64,000 nucleotides of DNA from the NCBI GenBank assembly GCA_963617435.1, contig CAVEOS010000003.1, positions 318-64,317 on the forward strand, read 5' to 3'. Shown here piece after piece: positions 19,504 through 29,077 of this stretch. The position numbers and the translations under genes were made by a program. Every line of letters begins with the position of its first letter. Positions within the stretch are counted from its first letter, which is position 1. This DNA comes from Lachnospiraceae bacterium (GTDB lineage Bacteria; Bacillota; Clostridia; Lachnospirales; Lachnospiraceae). A model generated the notes under the pieces. It had not been told where the DNA came from. It ran no database searches and saw nothing but the letters and a program-made list of their open reading frames with translations.

Positions 19504-19776
19504 AGCATTCTCCTTTTCTATCCGTCTGAGTCTGAACTGAGTTTAAATCCGAATTTTCAGACTTCAGTAAAACCTGAAATTCTTGTCTGCAAATAACGTC
19601 CTGTTTTTTTGAAAATAAAAGCCTAAAAATCTATCTGATATCATTATAAAATAATCACATAAAAATGCAATGAAAGAATGTGCGTTACTGATATTTTTTT
19701 ATCATAGGCAGCGGTAGAACTCAGGCTGTATCTGATATATCAGGCAGAATAGGAAAATAATAGAAGGGAGAATCGC

Positions 19777-21177
19777 ATGAAATATTATCTTGCAGTAGAT
19801 ATCGGGGCTTCCAGCGGAAGACTGATCCTGGGACACCGGGATGCGGGCAGAATGATTCTGGAAGAAGTGCACCGTTTCGGAAATGGAATGGAAATGCGAA
19901 ATGGACATCTCACCTGGGATGTGGAGCAGCTGTTTGCTGAGATCATCACCGGAATGAAAAAATGTGCGGAACTTGGTAAAATTCCGGAGAGTATCGGCGT
20001 AGATACCTGGGCGGTAGATTTTGTGCTTCTGGATGCACAGGATCAGTGTCTTGGCGATGCGGTTGGATACCGTGATCACAGAACACAGGGCATGGATCAG
20101 AAAGTTTATGAAGTGATCGGTGAGGAGGAGCTTTATCTGTGCACCGGCATTCAGAAACAGCCATTCAATACGATTTATCAGCTGATGGCTGTGAAAGAGC
20201 AGACACCGGAACAGATGGAGCAGGCAGAAACGCTTCTGATGATACCGGATTACCTGCATTTCCTGCTGAGTGGTCAGAAAGTGACAGAGTATACAAACGC
20301 TTCCACCACACAGCTTTTGGATCCGCAGACAAAGGACTGGGACTGGGATCTCATTGATCGGTTGGGCTATAAGAGAGAACTGTTCCAGAAAATTTGTCTT
20401 CCGGGTACAAAAATTGGAAGTCTGACACCGGAGATTGCCGCAGAGGTTGGATTTACCTGCGAAGTAGTCGTTCCGGCAACACACGACACAGGAGCAGCCG
20501 TTATGGCTGTCCCGGCCGCAGATGATCAGGTACTGTATATCAGTTCCGGCACATGGTCCCTGATGGGAACCGAAGTGAAAGAAGCCATCTGCACCGCAGA
20601 GAGCCAGCAGTTCAATTTCACCAATGAGGGCGGATATGATTACCGTTTCCGTTATCTGAAAAACATTATGGGAATGTGGATGATCAATTCCGCACGAAAA
20701 GAGCTGGCACCGGATATGAGCTTTTCCGACATCTGCGAAGGCGCGGCAAAACAGAGCATTCCGTCCATCGTAGATGCAAACTCTGACCGGTTCCTTGCAC
20801 CGGAGAGCATGTCAAAGGAAGTACAGGCGGTCTGTGCGGAGAGTGGTCAGCAGGTTCCGGAAGGAATCCTGGAGACAGCAGCAGTTATTTACAACAGTCT
20901 CGCAGAATGTTATGCACAGACTGCACGGGAAGTCGAGCAGATGATCGGCGTAAGTTATGACTGCATCCACATCATTGGTGGTGGCGCAAATGCAGATTAT
21001 CTGAACCGTCTGACAGCAAAAGCCTGCCAGAAAAAAATCTATGCGGGACCGATTGAGGCAACCGCCATCGGAAATATTTCCGCGCAGATGATCGCTGCCG
21101 GTGAACTGGAAAATTTAAAAGCTGCGAGAGAATGTATTTATCATTCTTTTGATATCGCTGAATATGAAGCAGAATAG
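19777..21177 (+). CDS. rhaB: rhamnulokinase
   Basis: 466 aa. Similarity to E. coli RhaB runs along the whole length (VDIGASSGRLILGH, HRFGNG, IGVDTWAVDFVLLD, YTNASTTQLLD, SSGTWSLMG, NEGG...YLKNIMGMWM). Confidence 0.9.
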   Translation: MKYYLAVDIGASSGRLILGHRDAGRMILEEVHRFGNGMEMRNGHLTWDVEQLFAEIITGMKKCAELGKIPESIGVDTWAVDFVLLDAQDQCLGDAVGYRDHRTQGMDQKVYEVIGEEELYLCTGIQKQPFNTIYQLMAVKEQTPEQMEQAETLLMIPDYLHFLLSGQKVTEYTNASTTQLLDPQTKDWDWDLIDRLGYKRELFQKICLPGTKIGSLTPEIAAEVGFTCEVVVPATHDTGAAVMAVPAADDQVLYISSGTWSLMGTEVKEAICTAESQQFNFTNEGGYDYRFRYLKNIMGMWMINSARKELAPDMSFSDICEGAAKQSIPSIVDANSDRFLAPESMSKEVQAVCAESGQQVPEGILETAAVIYNSLAECYAQTAREVEQMIGVSYDCIHIIGGGANADYLNRLTAKACQKKIYAGPIEATAIGNISAQMIAAGELENLKAARECIYHSFDIAEYEAE

Positions 21178-21261
21178 AACAGATATCAATCTGTTTTTAT
21201 AGAAGAAAAATAAGAAATATGTAAACAATGAAAATAATATGAAAGTATGGAGAGGTGTCAT

Positions 21262-22683
21262 ATGTTAGTAGAGACAAAGGCAAAAATTGGTGTTTTTTCT
21301 ATCGCACTGGGCGCATATCTGCCACAGTTTCCATCTCTGGTGCCGGAATTCGAGCAGCAGTATGAAGCATTCAAAAAGACAATTCCGGATATCGTAGAAA
21401 TTGTTGACGGAGGCATTGTTACCACAAAAGAGCTGTCCATGGCAGCAGGAGATAAATTCCGTGCAGCGGATGTAGATCTGGTTATTTTACAGCTGCTTAC
21501 TTATGCAACAAGTTACAACATGCTTCCGGCAATCCGTGATCTGAACGTACCGGTTGTTCTGGTAAACGTGCAGAAAAAGAAAGCACCGGATTATGCAAAT
21601 ACAGATACTGCCATCTGGCTGGGTGAATTATATGCATGTGGCGCAGTTGGCGAGATGGTAGCAGATCTGGAGCGTGCAGGGAAGAGACATGCTGTTATCA
21701 CAGGTGTTGTAGAAGGCGGCGACGAGTATGTTGCACAGGAAATTGATGAGTGGTGCCGCGCTGCACAGGTAAGAAGAAGATTCCGTTACACAAACATCGC
21801 ACAGATCGGCAGACCGTATCCTGGTATGATGGATCTCTACATCGATGAGACCAACCTTTACAATCGCATGGGTCTGTATACAAAACAGTTTGACTGGGAG
21901 AAAATGTGGGCCATCGCAGATCATATCACAGACGAGGCAGCAATCCGTGCAAAAGCAGAAGAAATCCTTGATACTTTTGACATCGAAGGTGGAGCTACTG
22001 TCGAGACTGTCTGGGATATGGCTAGATATGTAGTTGCATTCGAAGAATGGGTAAAAGCAGAAGATATTGCCCTTGTAGCATCCCATTACGATGGATTTGC
22101 TCAGGGTGTAGCAGGAAAATTAGACAGTATGCTGATCCCGGCATTCTCCATGTTGATCAAACAGGGTACCGCATGTGCCGTAGAGGGCGATATGAAAGTT
22201 GCTATGGCTATGAGCATCCTGAAAACAATTTCCGGAACAGGCCAGCTCTCAGAGATGTACTCCATCGATTTTGATAAAGACATCTGCATTATCGGACATT
22301 CCGGATCTGGCGATGCTGATATTTCACAGGCATGCAAACCGTCCATGAAGATCGTTGACGTATTCCATGGAAAAACAGGCGGCGGCTATCTGACACAGTT
22401 CTATCCGCCGACAGGAGATGTTACTTATCTTGGAATCACACAGGACAAAGACGGACATTTCAAATTTGTCGTTGCAGAAGGCGTAAACGAAGACGGACCG
22501 ATCTTCACTTTCGGTGATACAAACATGAGAACCAGATTTTCCATCGGTGCAAGAGAATTCTGTAACAGATGGAGCGAGGCAGGCCCGACACATCATATGG
22601 CAGCAGCAGTAGGAAGACACATTGACACAATCCTGAAAGTTGCTAAGATTTTGGACGTACCGGTTGATATCATCTGCCGATAA
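21262..22683 (+). CDS. FucI/AraA-superfamily sugar isomerase, candidate L-rhamnose isomerase
   Basis: 473 aa from ATG 21262 (SD ggagagg). The N-terminus KIGVFSIALGAYLPQFPSL and the overall layout resemble the L-arabinose/L-fucose isomerase family, not the RhaA (xylose-isomerase-like TIM barrel) family. It sits between rhaB and rhaD. Confidence 0.6.
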   Translation: MLVETKAKIGVFSIALGAYLPQFPSLVPEFEQQYEAFKKTIPDIVEIVDGGIVTTKELSMAAGDKFRAADVDLVILQLLTYATSYNMLPAIRDLNVPVVLVNVQKKKAPDYANTDTAIWLGELYACGAVGEMVADLERAGKRHAVITGVVEGGDEYVAQEIDEWCRAAQVRRRFRYTNIAQIGRPYPGMMDLYIDETNLYNRMGLYTKQFDWEKMWAIADHITDEAAIRAKAEEILDTFDIEGGATVETVWDMARYVVAFEEWVKAEDIALVASHYDGFAQGVAGKLDSMLIPAFSMLIKQGTACAVEGDMKVAMAMSILKTISGTGQLSEMYSIDFDKDICIIGHSGSGDADISQACKPSMKIVDVFHGKTGGGYLTQFYPPTGDVTYLGITQDKDGHFKFVVAEGVNEDGPIFTFGDTNMRTRFSIGAREFCNRWSEAGPTHHMAAAVGRHIDTILKVAKILDVPVDIICR

Positions 22684-22697
22684 TCGAAAGTATGATA

Positions 22698-22759
22698 CTT
22701 ATTTTGAGATAAATATTGAAAGCAGAAATTGTGGATGCAGCTATTTATCTCAGAATAAG
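22698..22759 (+). repeat. 18-bp-stem hairpin between the isomerase gene and rhaD
   Basis: cttattttgagataaata (22698-22715) pairs with tatttatctcagaataag (22742-22759) with 1 mismatch and a 26-nt loop. Confidence 0.7.
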
Positions 22760-22842
22760 ATGTGAATCATATTTTAAATAAATTTACTTAATAGTTATTA
22801 GAGGATAGAAGTAGCTGTAGTGTACAGCAGAATGGAGAAAAT

Positions 22843-23664
22843 ATGAAATTTTTAGATGCAGAATTTGTACAGGGATTTATCAGAATGGCTGATGACGGCT
22901 GGAATCAGGGCTGGCATGAGAGAAATGGCGGAAACCTTTCCTACCGTGTAAAACCGGAAGAAGTAGAGAGCGTAAAAGAAAACTTTGAAGCAAAAGAATG
23001 GCAACCGATCGGCACAAGCGTACCGAACCTTGCAGACGAGTATTTCCTGGTAACAGGCAGCGGCAAATATTTCCGCAACGTAAGCATCAAACCGGAAGAC
23101 AGCATCTGCATGATCGAGCTGGATGAGAAAGGTGAGAACTATCGTATTGTCTGGGGACTTGTAAACGGCGGCAGACCGACTTCCGAGCTTCCGAGCCACT
23201 TAATGAACCTGGAAGTAAAGAAACTTCAGGATGAGAGATATCGTGTCGTATATCATGCACATACTACAAACATCATTGCTCTGACATTCGTTCTTCCATT
23301 AGAGGATCGTGTATTTACAAGAGAGCTTTGGGAGATGGCTACTGAGTGTCCGGTTGTATTCCCGGATGGTATCGGTGTCGTTCCGTGGATGGTTCCGGGC
23401 GGAAGAGAGATCGCTGTTGCAACAAGTGAACTGATGAAAAAATATGATCTGGCTATCTGGGCACATCATGGAATGTTTGCAGCAGGATTTGACTTTGATC
23501 TGACATTTGGCTTGATGCATACAGCAGAGAAATCAGCAGAGATCCTTGTAAAAATGTTATCCATGAGACCGGATAAACTGCAGACCATCACACCGGATGA
23601 TTTCCGTCATCTTGCTAAGGATTTCAACGTAACCCTTCCAGAAGAATTCTTATACGAGAAATAA
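22843..23664 (+). CDS. rhaD: rhamnulose-1-phosphate aldolase
   Basis: 273 aa. Strong similarity to E. coli RhaD (GWHERNGGNLSYR, VTGSGKYFRNV, PTSELPSHL, HAHTTNIIALT, VVFPDGIGVVPWMVPG, TAEKSAEILVK). Confidence 0.9.
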   Translation: MKFLDAEFVQGFIRMADDGWNQGWHERNGGNLSYRVKPEEVESVKENFEAKEWQPIGTSVPNLADEYFLVTGSGKYFRNVSIKPEDSICMIELDEKGENYRIVWGLVNGGRPTSELPSHLMNLEVKKLQDERYRVVYHAHTTNIIALTFVLPLEDRVFTRELWEMATECPVVFPDGIGVVPWMVPGGREIAVATSELMKKYDLAIWAHHGMFAAGFDFDLTFGLMHTAEKSAEILVKMLSMRPDKLQTITPDDFRHLAKDFNVTLPEEFLYEK

Positions 23665-23678
23665 GAAGCTTATATGTA

Positions 23679-23750
23679 GTGTAAATAGCAAGTACAGATT
23701 ATTTCTTTGAGAAGTATTTCTGTTATCTTGTAAAGAATTATACACAACGT
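23679..23750 (+). repeat. degenerate Rep-A-related unit
   Basis: gtgtaaatagcaagtacagattatttctttgagaag... is clearly related to the Rep-A left half, but no intact right arm is present. Confidence 0.5.
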
Positions 23751-23755
23751 AAATA

Positions 23756-23822
23756 GCGGGCACAGATTATTTTTTCTTGAGAAGCGATTGTTAGCTCGAA
23801 AGACAAAATAATCTGTGCCCGC
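23756..23822 (+). repeat. Rep-A hairpin repeat, archetype (perfect 18-bp arms)
   Basis: gcgggcacagattatttt / ttcttgagaagcgattgttagctcgaaagac / aaaataatctgtgcccgc. Confidence 0.85.
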
Positions 23823-23938
23823 TTTCGTAAATATGTATTTACAGGATTGCTTGTAAAGCAGTAAGGAACTGCATTATAATAGAATCTAAATTGTTATTAT
23901 GACAGTTTAAAAAGAATAAAAGAAAGAAGGAAATTATT

Positions 23939-24316
23939 ATGAAACAGTCAATCAATGTAAACGGAGCACCGGCAGCAGTAGGTCCATATGTACATGCAGT
24001 AAAAACAGGAAAAATGATCTTCATTTCCGGACAGTTAGGTTTAAACCCGGCAGACGGCACACTTCCGGAAGGCATCGAGGCACAAACTGTACAGAGCCTT
24101 GAGAACCTGAAAACCATTCTGGAAGGCACAGGATCTGATTTTGATCACGTTGTAAAAACAACCATCTTTTTAGCAGACATTGCAGATTTCGGCAAAGTAA
24201 ACGAGATCTATGCAAAATATTTTGAGAACGATGTACCGGCCCGCTCCTGCGTAGAGGTTGCAAATCTTCCGAAAGCAGGTCTGGTAGAGATCGAGGCAAT
24301 TGCTGTAGAAAAATAA
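23939..24316 (+). CDS. ridA: RidA/YjgF-family reactive intermediate deaminase
   Basis: 125 aa. APAAVGPYVHAVKTGKMIFISGQLGLNP...ARSCVEVANLPKAGLVEIEAIA is typical of the family. Confidence 0.9.
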   Translation: MKQSINVNGAPAAVGPYVHAVKTGKMIFISGQLGLNPADGTLPEGIEAQTVQSLENLKTILEGTGSDFDHVVKTTIFLADIADFGKVNEIYAKYFENDVPARSCVEVANLPKAGLVEIEAIAVEK

Positions 24317-24593
24317 TATAGGATTGTATACAAGCTTAATAAGCGAAAACTGAAAATTTTTTGCTAAATTCTTGACACTGCCTGTAAGAAAAAATACACT
24401 TAGAATAAGTGGATTATGCTTTGATCTATATGAAAAACAAATAAAAAGGATTAATTCTATTAGAATGGTTAATGAATGCCATAAATACAATTCATAAGCG
24501 GGGCGGTTGTAAATCGGAAAATATCTGCGTTATAATATCTGAGAAAAAAGAGATGTAAGATAGCGTAATGCAAAAGATGGAGGATTTTAGTAC

Positions 24594-25931
24594 ATGAAAA
24601 AGACAGAGGGAAAAAATGCGTCTATTTTCGAGTTAAACGGTGTTCCACAGTTGAGTAAGGCACTTCCACTGGCGCTGCAGCATGTAGTAGCGATGATCGT
24701 GGGCTGTGTAACCCCGGCGATCATTGTGGCAGGTGTCGCAGGTCTTGAGGGAGCAAACCGTGTCATGCTGATACAGTCTGCATTGGTAGTATCTGCACTT
24801 TCCACATTTTTACAGTTATTTCCGATCGGACCGAAAAACGGCTTCCGCTTGGGCGCCGGATTACCGGTTATCATGGGAACCAGTTTTGCATATGTGGCAA
24901 GTATGCAGGCGATTGCGGCAGATACAGGCATTGCGGCAATATTTGGAGCGCAGATCGTCGGCGGTATCATTGCGATGATCATTGGATTTTTTATTGACAA
25001 GATCCGAAAAGTATTTCCACCGCTGGTAACAGGAACCGTTGTATTTACGATTGGACTTTCTTTGTATCCGACTGCTGTCAACTATATGGCAGGCGGTGCA
25101 TCCAGTGGAAATTACGGCCATTGGACAAACTGGCTGGTGGCGATCATTACGCTGGCCATCGTTACCTTTTTGAACCATTTTACCAAAGGATTTGTGAAAC
25201 TGGCTTCTATCCTGATCGGCATCATCTGCGGTTATATTCTTGCAGCATGTTTCGGCATGGTAGATTTGAGTGCAGTGGCACAGGCAAGCTTTTTCCAGAT
25301 GCCGCAGATCATGCATTTTGGCATTCAGTTTGATCCGTCTTCCTGCATTGCGATTGGTTTGCTATTTGCAATCAATGCGATTCAGGCCATCGGTGATTTT
25401 ACCGCAACGACAACCGGCGGTATGGATCGTGAGCCGACGGATAAAGAGTTAAAAGGTGCCATTGTAGGATATGGATGCACGAATGTCATCGGAGCTTTCC
25501 TTGGTGGCCTGCCGACTGCTTCCTACAGTCAGAATGTAGGTATCGTTACTACAACAAAAGTTATCAACCGTTCTGTGCTTGGAATGTCTGCAGGGATTCT
25601 GCTGGTCGCAGGTCTGGTGCCGAAGTTTTCTGCACTGTTAACAACCATTCCGCAGTGTGTGCTTGGTGGTGCAACGATCTCTGTATTTGCTTCTATCGCA
25701 ATGACAGGTATCAAGCTGATCACAAGCCAGCCGATGAGTTATCGAAATACTTCTATCGTAGGATTGTCCGTGGCGCTTGGTGTGGGTGTGACACAGGCCT
25801 CTGCGTCTCTGGGAATGTTCCCGGCGTGGGTGACAACGGTATTTGGTAAGACACCGGTTGTTATTGCAACAGTGACGGCGGTATTCTTAAATCTGGTGCT
25901 GCCGAAGGATAAACCGGCAGAGAAGAAATAA
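24594..25931 (+). CDS. NCS2-family nucleobase:cation symporter (xanthine/uracil permease type)
   Basis: 445 aa polytopic protein. LALQHVVAMIVGCVTPAII and ASYSQNVGIVTTTKV are NCS2 hallmarks. Confidence 0.85.
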   Translation: MKKTEGKNASIFELNGVPQLSKALPLALQHVVAMIVGCVTPAIIVAGVAGLEGANRVMLIQSALVVSALSTFLQLFPIGPKNGFRLGAGLPVIMGTSFAYVASMQAIAADTGIAAIFGAQIVGGIIAMIIGFFIDKIRKVFPPLVTGTVVFTIGLSLYPTAVNYMAGGASSGNYGHWTNWLVAIITLAIVTFLNHFTKGFVKLASILIGIICGYILAACFGMVDLSAVAQASFFQMPQIMHFGIQFDPSSCIAIGLLFAINAIQAIGDFTATTTGGMDREPTDKELKGAIVGYGCTNVIGAFLGGLPTASYSQNVGIVTTTKVINRSVLGMSAGILLVAGLVPKFSALLTTIPQCVLGGATISVFASIAMTGIKLITSQPMSYRNTSIVGLSVALGVGVTQASASLGMFPAWVTTVFGKTPVVIATVTAVFLNLVLPKDKPAEKK

Positions 25932-25959
25932 TTATCTGACAGAAGGTCAGAATATAAGA

Positions 25960-25994
25960 AGGAGTCCTCGCGGATTGGCGGGGGCTCCTTTTTA
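25960..25994 (+). terminator. rho-independent terminator
   Basis: aggagtcctcgc ggattg gcgggggctcct followed by tttt. The stem is 12 bp with 2 G-U pairs. Confidence 0.75.
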
Positions 25995-26053
25995 TGGTAA
26001 AATAGATAGCAATATGACGTATGACAGGTATTATGAGAAAAGGGGATTTTACA

Positions 26054-27193
26054 ATGATATATTTTGATAATGCGGCAACGACACGACGAAAGCCGCAGGA
26101 AGTTGTGCAGGCAGTCACAGAGGCATTATGCTCTCTGGGAAATGCAGGAAGAGGAGCGCACGAGGCGACTTTGCAGGCTTCCCGCACGATTTACGATACA
26201 AGACGAAAACTGGCAGAATTTTTCCATGCGGAAAGCCCGGAGCGGATGGTGTTTACAAGCAATGCAACGGAGAGTCTGAATATTGCGATCAAAGGAGTAT
26301 TAAATCCGGGAGATCATGTGATTACGACACAGTTAGAGCATAATTCTGTGCTCCGTCCGTTGTATGAAATGGAAGAAAAAGGTGTGGAAATGACGATTGT
26401 AAAAGCGGATGCACAGGGCAGATTTTCGTTAGAGGATATGGAGACAGCCATCCGGCCGGAGACAAAGGCCATCATCTGTACCCATGGATCCAATGTTACA
26501 GGAAATCTGGTGGACATTGCAGCAATCGGAGAAATGGCGCGAAACAAAAGAGTTCTTTTCGTGGTGGATGCATCACAGACCGCAGGGGTATTTCCTATCG
26601 ATGTGCAGGCAATGCATATTGATATTCTGTGCTTTACCGGGCACAAAAGCCTGCTTGGCCCGCAGGGAACCGGCGGGCTCTATGTCAGAATCGGCCTGCA
26701 GCTTCGTCCGTTAAAGAGCGGCGGCAGCGGCGTACAGACGTACAGCAAAAGGCATCCGCAGCAGATGCCGACGGCGCTGGAAGCCGGGACGCTGAACGGA
26801 CATGGGATTGCCGGGCTGGATGCAGCTTTAGACTATCTGATGCGGACAGGCATTGATGAAATCCGGGAAAAAGAGCAGAATCTGATGTGGCAGTTTTACG
26901 AAGGTATCCGTGAGATTCCGGGTGTGAAGATATACGGTGATTTTTTGCAGAAAAACCGATGCCCGATCGTCTCCTTTAATATCGGGGATTATGATTCCTC
27001 AGAAGTCAGTGATGAATTGTTTGAGGGATGGGAGATTTCTACAAGGCCGGGGGGACACTGCGCACCGCTGATGCATGAGGCACTTGGAACGGTAGCGCAG
27101 GGCGTTGTGCGGTTCAGTTTTTCCCATTATAATACCGCAGAGGAAGTGGAGACGGCAATCGCGGTGGTGAGAGAATTGGCAGAGGAAGAGTAA
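26054..27193 (+). CDS. class V aminotransferase / cysteine desulfurase family protein
   Basis: The start MIYFDNAATT (ATG 26054, SD aaagggga) is the classic NifS/CsdA-type opening. FTGHKSLLGPQG contains the PLP lysine. Confidence 0.8.
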   Translation: MIYFDNAATTRRKPQEVVQAVTEALCSLGNAGRGAHEATLQASRTIYDTRRKLAEFFHAESPERMVFTSNATESLNIAIKGVLNPGDHVITTQLEHNSVLRPLYEMEEKGVEMTIVKADAQGRFSLEDMETAIRPETKAIICTHGSNVTGNLVDIAAIGEMARNKRVLFVVDASQTAGVFPIDVQAMHIDILCFTGHKSLLGPQGTGGLYVRIGLQLRPLKSGGSGVQTYSKRHPQQMPTALEAGTLNGHGIAGLDAALDYLMRTGIDEIREKEQNLMWQFYEGIREIPGVKIYGDFLQKNRCPIVSFNIGDYDSSEVSDELFEGWEISTRPGGHCAPLMHEALGTVAQGVVRFSFSHYNTAEEVETAIAVVRELAEEE

Positions 27194-27591
27194 TAGGGAA
27201 CGCTCTTTATTACAATGTATTTGGATAATTCCTCATGCAAGCATGATCATTATCGACGGAGTTTTTGAGCGACGGATGCTTCTTGAACTTGTTTCAAGAA
27301 GAAACACGTATGTAATAAGTGAACTGTTTTCGGCACAATGTAGAAAACAGAAATGCAAATCTTCCTATGTTATGGAAAAATTGGAGAAAATGCGACTTTG
27401 ACAAAAAAATAACTTGTCAGACCGGTAAATTTAATGTATTGTATAGCATGGATATGAAAGATATCGCACTGGTATCATGCAAAAACATTTAAATTCCATG
27501 CATTTTACAGGATAAAAACAGTCAAAAATGAATTATATATCATAAAAAGGATTCATTTTTGAAGGATAAAACGTGAAATGGAGATCAAAAA

Positions 27592-28914
27592 ATGGATTTA
27601 TTTGATTACATGAGAGAACAAAATAAGGAAAAGGAATCGCCGCTGGCTTCCAGACTGCGTCCGACGAAGCTGGAAGAAGTAGTGGGACAGCAGCACATCA
27701 TCGGCAAAGACAAATTGTTGTACCGAGCCATCAAAGCGGACAAACTGCAGTCGGTTATTTTTTACGGGCCTCCGGGAACCGGAAAAACGACACTGGCGAA
27801 AGTCATTGCGAAAACGACCAGCGCAGAATTTATGCAGATCAATGCAACTTCCGCCGGCAAGAAGGATATGGAAGCGGTCATTGAGAAAGCAAAGCAGATG
27901 CAGGGCATGTACGGAAAACGCACGATCCTGTTTATCGATGAGATCCACCGGTTCAACAAAGGACAGCAGGATTATCTGCTTCCGTTTGTGGAAGACGGTA
28001 CGGTGACACTGATCGGTGCCACCACGGAGAATCCGTATTTTGAGGTAAACGGAGCGCTGATTTCCCGATCCATTATTTTTGAATTAAAGCCGTTGGACAA
28101 AGAGGATATCAAAACGCTGCTGCATCGTGCTTTAGAGGACATGGAAAAAGGCATGGGAGCTTACCATGCGGTGGCGGATGAAGATGCACTGGAATTTCTG
28201 GCAGATGTGTCAAACGGGGATGCCCGCAGCGCATTAAATGCCATTGAACTGGGAATTCTTACCACAGAGCGCAGTGCAGACGGGCTCATCCATATCACGC
28301 TGGATGTGGCTTCCGAGTGTATCCAGAAGCGCGTGATCAAGTATGACAAAAATGGTGACAGCCATTATGATAACATTTCCGCATTTATCAAAAGTATGCG
28401 GGGGTCTGATCCGGACGCAGCGGTCTATTATCTGGCAAAAATGCTGTACGCAGGGGAAGATGTGACATTTATCGCCCGGAGAATTATGATCTGTGCATCT
28501 GAAGATGTGGGAAATGCAGATCCGAACGCCCTGACTGTGGCGGTCAGCGCAGCGCAGGCGGTGGAGCGGCTTGGAATGCCGGAGGCACGGATCGTGCTGG
28601 CACAGGCAGTCACATATGTGGCAAGTGCGCCAAAGAGCAATGCGGCTTACATGGCCGTGGATAAAGCCCTTTCCGTTGTTCGGGAGTCGAGAACCGCACC
28701 GGTTCCGACATACCTTTGCGATGCGCATTACAAAGGGGCGGCAAAGCTTGGACGTGGGCTTGGATACAAATATGCGCACGATTATCCGAATCATTACGTG
28801 GAGCAGCAGTATTTGCCGGATGCATACAAAGATATGAAATTCTATGAGCCGACAGAAAACGGCTACGAGCAGACGATTCGGGAATATTTTAACAAAATTA
28901 AGGGAGTCCACTGA
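27592..28914 (+). CDS. rarA: replication-associated recombination protein A (MgsA/RarA AAA+ ATPase)
   Basis: 440 aa. LASRLRPTKLEEVVGQQHI, Walker A GPPGTGKTT, FIDEIHRFNKGQQD, and the C-terminal MgsA domain (YDNISAFIKSMRGSDPDAAVYYLAKM). Confidence 0.9.
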   Translation: MDLFDYMREQNKEKESPLASRLRPTKLEEVVGQQHIIGKDKLLYRAIKADKLQSVIFYGPPGTGKTTLAKVIAKTTSAEFMQINATSAGKKDMEAVIEKAKQMQGMYGKRTILFIDEIHRFNKGQQDYLLPFVEDGTVTLIGATTENPYFEVNGALISRSIIFELKPLDKEDIKTLLHRALEDMEKGMGAYHAVADEDALEFLADVSNGDARSALNAIELGILTTERSADGLIHITLDVASECIQKRVIKYDKNGDSHYDNISAFIKSMRGSDPDAAVYYLAKMLYAGEDVTFIARRIMICASEDVGNADPNALTVAVSAAQAVERLGMPEARIVLAQAVTYVASAPKSNAAYMAVDKALSVVRESRTAPVPTYLCDAHYKGAAKLGRGLGYKYAHDYPNHYVEQQYLPDAYKDMKFYEPTENGYEQTIREYFNKIKGVH

Positions 28915-28941
28915 TTTCATTATATGAAGTAATAATTTTGT

Positions 28942-28986
28942 TATGAGCAAGCAGCGTGGCGAATTGTGAATATCCACTTGATTAAG
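28942..28986 (+). repeat. Rep-B repeat, copy 1
   Basis: tatgagcaagcagcgtggcgaattgtgaatatccacttgattaag. Related sequences lie at 53209 and 58184. Confidence 0.6.
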
Positions 28987-29077
28987 ATCAAACAGGAGTT
29001 ATAAATCTCCTTTTGAATATAAAACAAAAAGAAGTTGTAAAAAATGATGTAACAATACGCAGCAGGAGGAAAAATCA

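Noticed and set aside
24330-24593. Looked for a purine/xanthine-type riboswitch upstream of the NCS2 nucleobase permease.
   Set aside because: I could not find the conserved purine-riboswitch junction and loop strings (such as tataat...tttctaccgggcaccgtaaat...), and no convincing three-way junction is visible. An Rfam scan would settle it.
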